Shown here one piece after another: positions 35,897 through 47,800 of a DNA stretch of 52,626 nt. The stretch is taken from positions 1-52,626 of IMG/VR virus record IMGVR_UViG_3300006790_000021; one strand, given 5' to 3'. Each line of letters starts with the position of its first letter. The first letter of the stretch is position 1. The notes beneath the pieces are model-generated. The model was given only the letters and a program-made list of their open reading frames with translations, had not been told where the DNA came from and made no database searches. This DNA is from a virus (Duplodnaviria; Caudoviricetes). A program made the translations under genes and the position numbers.

Positions 35897-38800
35897 TAGC
35901 TGCAGGGTAATAGTGCCTCACGGATTGTCCTGCGGGCATAGTTAATGAATTCCTGGGTCATACCTGTTTGTCGGTTTCCTGCAAAATTGATGACCTCAGG
36001 TTTATAGTCAGCGATAAAGTCCCTAAGTTCTTGGGTGTCTGGGTTTATAATCAACGGCCTGTTCATTTTTTCAGCCTCCTGTATGGTAAGTTTTGTACCA
36101 GGACTGTTCCGGTTCTGAGCAAAAATGACTGTTACGTCAGAATTCTCAATATTTCTTATTGTCCTTAGCCGATAAGCTTCTGCAGCATTTTTTGCGTAGG
36201 GCCCTTCAACCAGTCCATACTTCTCAAGATCAGACTTTCTGGGACCACGTTCAGTTCTCCACCCATAAGGAGCAGTACCTCCGGTTTCATATCCAAGACT
36301 ATCTGCAATCTCAAGAGAATCCATGTCAATACCCCATTGTCCGCCGGCTATTACTTTTTTAATACTCACACGTTTTCCTGATTTAAGTTGTTCAAGTTTT
36401 TCTATTCTTCTTGGCCTGTTGCTCAGAGGGTGGATTTCCCGGTTATTTGTACCTGTCTCGGTATCCTTATCCGTGAAAATGCTTGGCGCCGTACTATTGT
36501 AATCTTTCAGCGAGGCGTATGTTTTGAAGTCTAAAGTTGGATAAGGTGGAGTCCTTGAATCTTTTTTCTTTTCTTTTCTCAGGTAGATCTCCTTACCGTT
36601 CACATAATACTTGCGTAAGCCCCCCATGGTTTTTACCATGAACGGATAGGCGTCATTCTCCTTCATTGAAGAGATAGTTCTCTTACTGGCAACCCATCTA
36701 AAGATACGATTATCCCTGTTATTGAGGGCAAACTGATCAAAGAACCAATACATGTTTTTGGTCTTGGTATCGCCCTCTCTAGGCATAAATGCTTTCAGAG
36801 CATTAATCATCCCTACATCCTGATCTCCAGCAAATATCTCATTGGGGACAATCCTGAGGAAGTTTGCGGGACTCTCTGTTGTACCTGCCTGAAGCATCAG
36901 AAACTTGAACAGATCTTTGGAATATTCCGGGAATTGCTCATGAAGCTCCCTCCAGGCATCTGTGTACATCTCAAGCTCCATTGGATTCACTTTTTTGCCA
37001 GAGAACCCTTTCAGGGTCATGTTGTCAATATAATGTCCCGGAATATGGGTCTTGTTTCTCAGATGAGGTACAAAATTATCTATAAGATAGTTAGATTTCT
37101 TCAATAGTTTCTTGAGTTCCTTAGTCCTTCTTGGTATAGTGTTGTTTATCTTTTTATGATCAAACTTCCCGGTTACCGGATTTGCCTCATATGTCTCAAT
37201 AAGACTGCGCTCATCAAGAAATAACCTCCTATCTCCATAATAAGAATGATAAATTGCTGTTGCCAGCTCACTCCTGAACCTGTCAAGCACGCCAATCTGG
37301 TCATCAAAGGACATAAACTCCTTGCCTCTTATCATGGGGGCTATGAGGTTATCCTTGATCATCCTTACAATACTGTCATTATTCATGAAGGTATGGAAAG
37401 GTGTCAGGATCTTGATTGACTCCTGTACGGCTCTGCGGTGGGGAGCAAGAAAACCCCCATCCTTAAAGAGTCTGTTATAGTTTACAAACCTTACCTCTTC
37501 CGGGCCCCTGGTGATTAAATCTTCAGTCATTTCATTAAGGAGCATTGCAGACAATATGTTCTTACCACCATGCTTTGTATTATAAGTGGAAGCCTGTATG
37601 TACTTAAAGTAATCACTGGCCAGATCTTTAAGCTGAAGATATTTTACAAGGGCTGAATACTGTACAGCATGGTCCCACTCACCCGTATCCATGAACAGGG
37701 GGTTTCCTGCACTATCCGGCACAAAAGGAATAGTAGCCTGTCTCCAGAGCTTATTTGTATTTGCTATGTGTTTGGAATCATATGATACCTTGTAGTCCCT
37801 GCGATAGCTCTCTTTATACTTTCTGGTAAACTCTGCTGGCCCCATAACAGCAGTTGAGCCTTCTTTTCTCAGGGCATTAAAATAGGCGCTCTTTTCTACA
37901 TCCAGACGACTACTGTAATGCTTTATCAAAGGCTGATTCATCAAGGCAATCAGATAGTCCGCAGGTACACCTAGGCTAAGCATCATGGCAAATATGGTTG
38001 CATTCTCTCCACTACCACCAATCTCATGAATAAATGGGTCATTGGGACTATCCGCATATGCAGAGACCAGCTCATTTATAAGATCAGATATATAGTATTT
38101 ACTGCTACTGTCTTTTAGACCGGCAAAGCTTGGGTAGCTTGTATCCGTTTTGTCTGTATAGATGTTGTAAGGAATATCAAGATTTATGTTATCTATGTAT
38201 ACATTGGCTTGTGCAAAATTAATATGAGCTGTGGCCGCCAGAGCGCCGATACTAATGTTCTGCTTAGCGGTTTGAAGCTCATAACCCTTTTTTTGCATAT
38301 ATACTGGGTTGCCAACCTGATATAGGGCGTTTTCATATCTCTTTTTAGCAGCATAAAAGTCATCGCCAAGATATTCTTTCAGTCTCTTCTCACGTTCTTC
38401 AAGCAGCCTGTTACCTGTATCCTTGAGAACGGATACACCTTCATCAATAGTGACTGGTGCATTGAGTTCTCCAAACCTCTCAGGCTTCAGGAGGAGAGTG
38501 CGCTGCAGTTCTATCTTGAGATTGTCCAGGCGCTCATGACCGTTCTTCAGATCAATGGGCAACTCCTGCCACATGGATCTATATTTCTTATAAAGTTCTC
38601 TCAGCTGGGCATCCCTTTCTTCTTTGAGAGCTTTGATGTCTTCAACTCTTTGAGTAAAAGTTTCCCGGACCTCCTCCATTGCGATAACTGCACTCTCAAT
38701 GTTGAGCTGGGATTCCTGGAGAAATTCTTTCCGGTCCCAGATAAAATCCCACACTCCTGAAAGCGCATTCTTTACGTCTTTGGGGAGTTTTGAGGTAAAT

Positions 38801-41800
38801 CCCTCATCACCTATAGCTTTGAGCACAGTTTCATATTGTGTCTGTTTATCCGCAATCATGTCCACAAGGGCACCATAATATGCATCCTGGATCTCCAGGT
38901 ATTCATCTGTTGCAAAGTTAGTAGTGAAGGATCTTTTTCTCTTTTCCCATAACTCTTCCTCATCAGTTAGATATTCTGCATACTTGACCTCACCGTCCAC
39001 TATCTCATAGTTGGGAAGATTTACAAAGAGTTTGTCAAAGTCAAAGTCGGCGCCGGTCTTGGTTACAATCTCACTGGGAACAATCACAATATCATTAGCA
39101 GTAACAGGCAGAAAATCCTTTACAATGATGCTTTCCAGAGAGGACAGGGCCTGAGTGGGAATCCTGAACCCAAGTATCTTTGTCAATCTGGGATCAATAT
39201 CTTTGATATTTACTTCTTTACCATACATCTCTTCAAACCAATGGGGCATATAGACCTCCATACTGATAATCTTTCCCTGATCATTGGTATAGGTTTTCAG
39301 ATCTGAAGCCTGGTAACTGATTTTATCATCCTCCTCATTATAATAATAAGGGGCCCTCTTTAACTCCATAAGAGTAGAAGGCATCAACATCAGGTTTTTC
39401 CCCTTAACTTTCCTGTTGGTGGTACTTGAGCTGATAAGACTTCTCAATATGATTTCTACATCCTGGCTGTTGACCATGGCGTCTGTTCCGTACTGCAGCC
39501 AGCGGATAGATTCCAGCATGTTGGCTGAGGTGTTCCTCTGTTTGCTCAGTTTCCGGTACAACCAGTTTTTTGCCCGTTCAATCTTGTTGTTGTCCACCCT
39601 ATAACCAACAACCTCGCCATTGTCTGTTACAGCCTGCAATCCAAGCTTTTCCTTGGCCAACATCAAGCCGTATTCTATATTGGCTCCTTCAATTTCTCTC
39701 AGCCTTGATACCATCCTGTGGATAGGAGACCTGGTTTTTTTCTGATACTCATCAAGGGAATTCCATTGATTTATTGCTTCCTGATAGTTTACTGTCCCTG
39801 CAGGAGGCATGACCTTTTCCTTAATTCCCCTGATATCTATTGTAGGGAGACCCAATATCCTGCGAATCTTGACAATATTGTAGAGAGCTTCATTGAGAAG
39901 TTCTGCACCCAACTGGTAGTCAGTCATATCAGGATCGCCAAGAATCTCTTTGTATGTATTGTTAGGATCCCCCTCAAAAGCCAGCTTGGCTTCATCAAGC
40001 AAACCCTTCTGAATATCATAGGCTTTTTTTACATCCTCAAAGGGTCTGTCAACGGTAATCCGCTCACCAAGGTCAAAAGTGCTGAGATAGATTTTCTCAC
40101 TCTTATATGCAGGAAACCGGTCAATTTTTGCCGGAGCCACTGCCTGGTCAAAAGGTACTTTGGCCGGGATCTCCCGATATCCTGAGAGAAAGTCCACAGG
40201 TACACCCTGCTCATAAAGATCACTTTCTATATGGCGTTCTTTCTGAGTACCCTGAGATGATTCATTCTTGAAGTTTGGCGCATTGGCCACCTGTATCCCA
40301 ATATACTGCCAGGGTAAAGCATCATTTATAAAAGGATTACTATTCAGGTTACCATATGGATCATATAAGTTTGACGGTGTACCATAACCCGGCTCAAGCG
40401 GTGTACCCGTCTTGGAACCGGTATGGAATATGGTAAGGCCGGTACCGTCATTCTTGGCTTTTTCAGCAAGCTGTTCCAGTGCCGTACCCTGGATAAGCTC
40501 CGGTATAAGCGGTGTAGCAGCAAACTTGAGCATGTTGATCATATTTGCAGACACATTGGGGCCAAAGGCCTGAGGCTTTGTAGGTGGCAATAAATAACCG
40601 GGCTGTTCTACCATTTTACGGGTAATGGTTTTCCCTTGAAGCTCAACAAAGGGATTGTCTTTTCCAATTGTTACCTTTTCTCCTTTCCAACCCCCTTGCA
40701 TTTGCCATTGCCACGAGGCTTCTCTTTTATAGTCCCAGTCCCCTGAACGGATGTGGAGTATCCTGTAAGCCTCCATAGTCCAATATCCATGAGCATCAGA
40801 CTCAACTATACTCTCATAAAGCTTGGCCTTCCTCTTTCCATATTCCTCACCAAATCTCTCAATCAGAGCCTCTTCAAGAGTATTATATACGTCTGCAGAT
40901 GTGAACATCTCTACACCCTGCGGCTTGTATACGTAATCATTCTTGCCAACAGTTACACGGTCTTCTTTAGCCAGAGCCTCCCAGATCTTTTGGTTATCTT
41001 CAGCCTTTATGGATACACCCTCTCTTCCCAAATACTCACCAACCAGGACTATAGCCTTTCTGGGATTTTTGGCAGACTCAATTTTTATAGATTTCTTTTT
41101 AGAATTATAGAGCACTGTTCCAGCCTCTTTTCCCTTATAACCCATCATAAACACCCGGTCATGTTCACCCTTACCCAAGTACGGGCTTTCAGAGATGATT
41201 CCGTAATCCTTGCCTTGGCTTGGAAGCATAAACAAATAATCGTGTACCGGTTTAAGAAACCTTGAGCTTGCTACAATAGGGTCTTCAACATAGGCTACCC
41301 CTAAGTAAGGATCACCATCAGTTTTGAATTTCTTCTCCAGATACTCATTGCTTCTGGGATCAACCATGCTGAGAGTTTTGGGACCCACTGCTCCACTTAA
41401 ACGCTTGACCATATCATCCAGATTCTTGTATTGGGCCGGATGACCTGTGAATATCTTAGTCTGCTCTATGGAACTTTTTAGATAGCTTATTGTAATGAAG
41501 CTGGCCAGTTCCTCTTCACTCATGTCACTCCACAAAGTGTTCTTGCCAAGAAAACCCAATTCCTGGACCCGGTACTTGCGTAGCGTAGGTATCACGTCAG
41601 AGTATATGATACCGTTGAAAGAATACTGAAGAGCCTTGATTACCTCACTATCGTTGATGAATATTCCCTGGCGGGTTGCAAGATCACCACTGCTTGTCAA
41701 AAAGTTCAGAATCCTGTTCTCCGCCATTTCCGTACCGGAAGTAACCATGGACATCACAATCCCGGAATAGTTCTTTATGTTCTCCGTATAGTTTTTCCAG

Positions 41801-44800
41801 TTCTCAGTCATTTGTGGCCTCTTGCTTATGGCATCATCAAGGAAGGCCAGCTCATCTTTCAGGTATTCCTGGAGCTTACTGATTACAGCCTCCGGCGTGG
41901 CAACCTCTGTAGGATATTCAAGGTAATCCGTAGATACGCTCATATCCTCAATTATATTGCCTTCTTCATCTGTAGCAGCTCCCACATCGGCTGAATTAGC
42001 CAGGGTGAATGTTCTTTCAATAGAGTTGTCTGCAGGCCGCAAGATGTGGTACACGCCCCGCGTAAGATCAAGGATCTCCTTTATAAACCTGTCAGGTTCC
42101 CGGAGCTTTTTGAACTCAGTATTATTGTTGTTACTATTGATACCTTCTTCAATCCCGGTAACAATTCTGTTACCTCCCGCAATATGATCAAGAATCTTTG
42201 AAGTTCTGTAATATGGATGCCTGTAGTGAGGAAACTTCTCATAAATCTTTTCTCTCCCCTGCTCAAGCGTATAACCAGTATCCTCGTTGTTTACCCTTCT
42301 GATTTCATCAGCTACAGTATTAAGGCCGGCTACGGTGTAATAGTAGTAGCTATACTCAAGAATATCATATACGCTGTTCCCTTCGGGATTATAATGAGAT
42401 CCTTCACTATATTCAGGACTTCTTATAAACTCAATATTAACCATGGAATTTACGTCTCCCTGGCCTCTCAGATCTGTATAGGGATTATACTTTTTGCTTT
42501 TATAGAGATTGTTTGCAATGTGACTCATTTTTTTAGTCACAATATTTTTAAGAGAATCCGGAAGCATATAGACATCCCCCTCTTTCATCTTTATACTCGG
42601 GATCTCCATACCTATAGCCTCTGCGGTCTTAATCGCATCCTCAAAGGAAAAACCTTCATTGTTGGCTATAGTACTCCTTACATCTTTTGGGAGCTTGGGC
42701 TGATAGTTACCTTCCCAGGCATTTCTGATCTGTCTTTTAAGATTAGCATCATTGGTACGGGCCCGGTAGATCTTAGATCCCTGAGCAACATCTATGTTGT
42801 AGTTTTCATAATACTTGGCAAAGGTCTGGAAAAAAGCAGCCCTTCTCATGTACTGGGCCGCATCAAGCTCATCAATAGGCTTTTTCAGGGCAACCCCGTC
42901 AAGAGCAAAATCCTTGAAAGCCTCATTCAATCCGGGATGGTGGACTATGATTTCCTGAAACTTCACAATCTGATCCTCAATATCGGTAGTATTTGCCAGC
43001 GTTTTTGCTACAATTCCAAAAGCATTTGGCAGACCTTTTCTAAATCCATTAGAAGTAGTCTCACTTCTTCCGGTTGCTTTACCGCGATCTATCACCCCGC
43101 TAAGCCAGAACCTGACAGAGTTTGGTGCACTCATGAAAAGACTTTTCCTGGTTGTTTCTTCAGCCCACTTATTGTCGGGGTCAGTGAGAGTCTCCAGCTC
43201 ATCTATAGTCTCTTCCTCAACATCAATTTTGAGGGTCCGCATATATTCACTATGAAGCCTTACCCAGGATTTATTTGTCTCTGAACTATAAAAGCTTTCC
43301 AGGTCTTTCTCAAAGCTTTCCGCATAGTTCATCATCTCCGCAATATGATTGTTGACAACCTTTACGGTTCTTTCCGGAATGTCCCTCTTCTTCACTCTTC
43401 TTTCAAGAGCTTTTGCCATCTGGTCCGCCTTGGAGTAATACTCAGCAATGTCCTGACCTATCTTATCATAAACCCTGTCATATATCTGTTTGAACTGTCT
43501 TGGAGTAAGACCATCTGTAGTAATCACGTTACGTAATCCGGACTCACGTACAGCATCCAGAAAATGCAGATGTAGATGGGTTACAGCTTCTTTGGTGTAC
43601 TGTACCGTCCTGTCAGGGAGTCTCATTGAAATGTCCCTGTTGAGGGGTTCTGTAAGCTCATGAAGCCGGGAATAGTCTGGAGTCATGTGAGCATAATATC
43701 CATTACTGATGCGCTCAAAAGTTCTTTTGATTCTTGTATCCAGACCAAAATATGTCCTGATAAAATCAAGGAGTCTGGTGAACCAGTTACGGATTGGCTT
43801 GGCTTCAGGAAGCTGGCCAGTCAGCACGTACATCCTAAATAGTTCAGCCAGACCCTCTTCAGCTTGCCGGTCAGTCATGTTCTTGTTCCCATACCTCTTT
43901 CTGTACTCATTGTACATTCTTCTGGCCTCGGGCTCTGTCATGAATAGATATGAAGTAGCGTGATAGGCCTCATGGTATAGGGTCCCCTCTTCAGCGGCAC
44001 TATCAAGGAGAACCCTGCCAAACTCGGTAAACCTCCCCATGGCACCCTGCTTCATCAAGTCATGAACAACCTCAATATCAACCTCAGGGAATCTTATCTT
44101 AAACCAGGCAACAGTCTGCTCTATGTTCTCCGGTATATAGTTAGAAGATGATAGCAACTCTACACTGCGGGATAACCCCGGAGGGACTCCCTCTTTACCA
44201 AGAAAATCACTAAGCAGATCATCATCAGTTTTGGGTGAGGTTTTGCTGTCCTGATTAGACCCGGCAACCTCTGTCCGCCACTGTTCAAAATAAATTAACG
44301 TATTCCTTTCTGTATCCTCCTCACTGCCTTTGGGTATTTGTTTGTAATACCAGTCATAAAATTCTGGAGGAATTTTTCCAGAAGTTTCTACCGGCTGCTC
44401 CACCGGAGCTTTCTTTACAGAAGGTTTTCCAAGCTTCTCCCATTCAGCGTGATAGAGCAGCACATTCAGCTCAGTGTACTCTTCATTATTTTCTTTAAGC
44501 TTCTGATTAAACCACTCTAAAAACTCAGGGGGCCACTCATGTTTTTCCCCCTGGTTCCTGAAAACAGAACCACTATCTACCGGATTTCCCCCCTTACCCT
44601 TGTTACTCTTTTTGTTTGTAACCTGCTTACCAACATCTACGGTCTTATTGACAGCATTTGTTGCCTTCTCTTTTATCTTCTTCCATTTTCCTTTTTGACG
44701 TGAACCTTCTTTAGAAGTAGTGGGTTCCACCTTGGGAATTTTTTCACTTGGAGGCTCAGGCTTACCCGTACTGTAATCACTATATTCAAACATCAGGTTT

Positions 44801-47800
44801 GCGTTCCACACCTGCGGAAGCTCCACACTGGGATCATAGGCCGGGGCATTGGTAGTCAGAATATCCCGGTTGGGATCAAGCAACCAGTCGCTATACTTTT
44901 GCCTTGTGTTTACATAATCAAATGCGCCTCTGTCAGGATAGTAGGTTATATAGTTGTAGTTTTTAGTGGCTTTTGATGCCAGGAACTCCGAATTGATATT
45001 ATACTTCTGGGCACGGATCCAGTCCTTGACCTGTTCTTCAGTAAGAGTGTCTATGTCATACGTGTTCTCCCCATCCTTATTCCCGTCCAAGGCTTCAAGA
45101 TAGAGATGCATCTTCTTGTTGATTCTTTTGGCATAGGCTACTCCACCCCTGTTAGTCCCATCAGCCTCTCTCCAGTGAATATAGTGTTTAAGAGCCTCTT
45201 CATATGTTCTGTTGAGTTTGCCCCCAATCTTGCTGTCATACCCTTTTGGGGCCCTAGCTCCCTGCATGAGAAGCTGGTAGACGGTTTCTATCTCATTATC
45301 CCTGTTTATAGCTCTTTTGTCTGCCTGGAACACTTTACCAGAGGCCTCATCTATCATGTAGGTAAAGCCCTGGTTGAAGAGTATCTGCCTCCCCTGAAGG
45401 TTTACATGGAAAGGTAGACCTACAATAATGCGTGCCTGTTTGCGGTTTTTGGCGGCACTCCCTATCGGTATGACGGTACCTGAGTCAATAGTAACCCCAA
45501 ATGATTTTGAGATAACCGGTATAAACACATCCACCGGCTTTCCCCCAATACCCCTTAATTTTTTTGTAATCTCATCATGATAATACTCATACCTTTGGGT
45601 TTCTCCTTTTATTTGATCCAGCTGGTTTTTATCATGCATTACCCTCTTACGGGCCTTGTCCCCATCAGGCTCCATCATTGAAGAAAACAACCCAAGAGAC
45701 GGTACTTGTTCTTTTTTTATGGTATTTAGCTCGGGATCTACATACTGCCCCTTCTCATTCACAACAACAGCATAAAGACTATCTCTGAGGACCTGTCTTA
45801 AGGGGGCGTCAAGATCAAACTCCGCACGCTGTACTTGCTGTTTTATCCATTCAGAAGCGCCGCTGGTGGGGTCAGGTGTGAAGGCAGACAAATCACTATC
45901 ATACCCAAATACTTCTTTGTTGAACTGGTCAATGGACTCAACCTCATTTAGAGACCCTAAATAAGGATGCTCATCTACTGGTTCATTCTTTTTGTCAATA
46001 GCGTGATCCCAATCCAGAGTTCTATCCAGAAAATCTACATATCTCTTTAGCCGGCCACTCCCATAATTATTGTTGATCTCATCAAGAGTGCCTTTCACAA
46101 ACCACCCGTCCTTACCCATTCCAAAAAAAGGATACCATTTGCCGGTCTGTTTACCACTGGTGCCTTTGCTGCTCCTATAAAAGGGTATAGGCTTGCCGTC
46201 AACATCAATAACAATAGGGTATCTGCCATTGACATGCATTGTGGTCTTTTTCCTGATGATCCCAAAATGTTCAAGCTGTTCTACCCTCCGGTCATAATCA
46301 AGATTCTTTACAAGATTATGTATGGTGTCCAAATTTATGATATCTGCCGGTTTCTTTTTAGCACCTTCAGTCATCCGTTCGCGCTCATTCTGGGGCACAA
46401 ACATGTCCAGGTGGTCTCTTATGATCTCACCATTATTATCCACTACTGAAAAAAGCTTCAGGTAAAGCTTTTGCCCATAGATCTTGTTTGAATCTACAAA
46501 CTTGAAGAACCTCTTTTGTGCAGGATTTTCCGTAAGCTGTTCAACATGCTTTTTGGTTACCGGATCAACTTTCCTGTGGGAACCATATAGTGTTCTGAAA
46601 ACATGGACTGCATATTTGGCCCACCCGGATTCCTTGTCAAAAGTAGTCTTACCGTTTATAGGATTGTCCACAGTAGGCATCAGAACGTCTGACTCACCTT
46701 CTGCGCGTGAGGTCTTGTTCATGTTCTTGAACAAAAGAGGATGATCATCTATAGCCGCAATTTCCTCTTCAGTATCTGATAATCTGGCCTCCTGTTCTGC
46801 AAGCCTGTTCTGAAGATCTTTCAGTTTATCATCACTCTCTCCAGGATTTTCAGTAAGCTTCTTCTGCTCAATCTCAATCTCCCGCTCAAGTTTTGCTATT
46901 TCTGAAATAGCGGTCTCTCTCTCACCAGACAGGCGTTTTAGTTCCGCACCCTTGAATACCTGGTCCATGAGTATCTCATGCTGTGTGGTATCAAGCGTAT
47001 CCATACTGTTGTTCCACAGATAGTCAAGCAGCTGGGCCTGAGAAAAACCCTCGCCATCATTATCCACCATATTTGTTTCACGGATATTATTGATAGCATC
47101 CTTATGCTTCTCATACATTTCCTGCTCAACCTTGCTTAGTTTTTGCTTGGTTGCAACTTTTCGGGCAATATTCACTCTTCTTTCCGGAGAAATACTCCCA
47201 TCACCACGGAACATATCAGCCTCATCATGAGAAACAGGCTTATCCTCAACAGTCAGCTGGTCTGTACGCTCAAGTATAAACCTGTCCGGATCCCGGGCAG
47301 CTTTCACCTCAAACTGGTTAAACTCGTTCCCAACCTTTACCCCCGGACCAATATAACCCCCAGCAGCAGAAAGCCAACCTTCTCTTTCTTTTCCTACAAG
47401 CTCATTCTGATTTCTCAAATATTGCCTGATACCTTTCTCTGTAGAAAGATCTTTAAGAAGATCTATCTTTTCTTCTTTGTCTAGTCTAAGATCCTCTTGC
47501 CTAAGAACAAGCTCCTGCAATTTCTCATCCTGAGTGGTTTTTAGCTTGTCCTCTATGTTGGAGACGTCCACACCTTCATCTTCCAGGCGTTTCAGTTCCT
47601 GTTCATACTCTTTTATCTTTTGCTGTTGCCAGTTACGTGTCTCTGTAGAAACTCCCTCAATGGTTCCAGCTGCCGTTGCAAGATCACTTATATTTTCATT
47701 GACAGCATCCATTATGGTTTTGCGGCGATAAAGCTCCTCATACCTCCTGTCAAATCCGGGAGCATCCTCTATAATTTTTTCAAACTGCTCATTATAATGC

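Noticed and set aside
42217-43284. 355-aa + strand ORF opposite the RNAP gene
   Set aside because: It lies wholly antisense to a well-supported gene, has the Ile/Phe/Leu-rich composition typical of shadow frames and shows no motifs.
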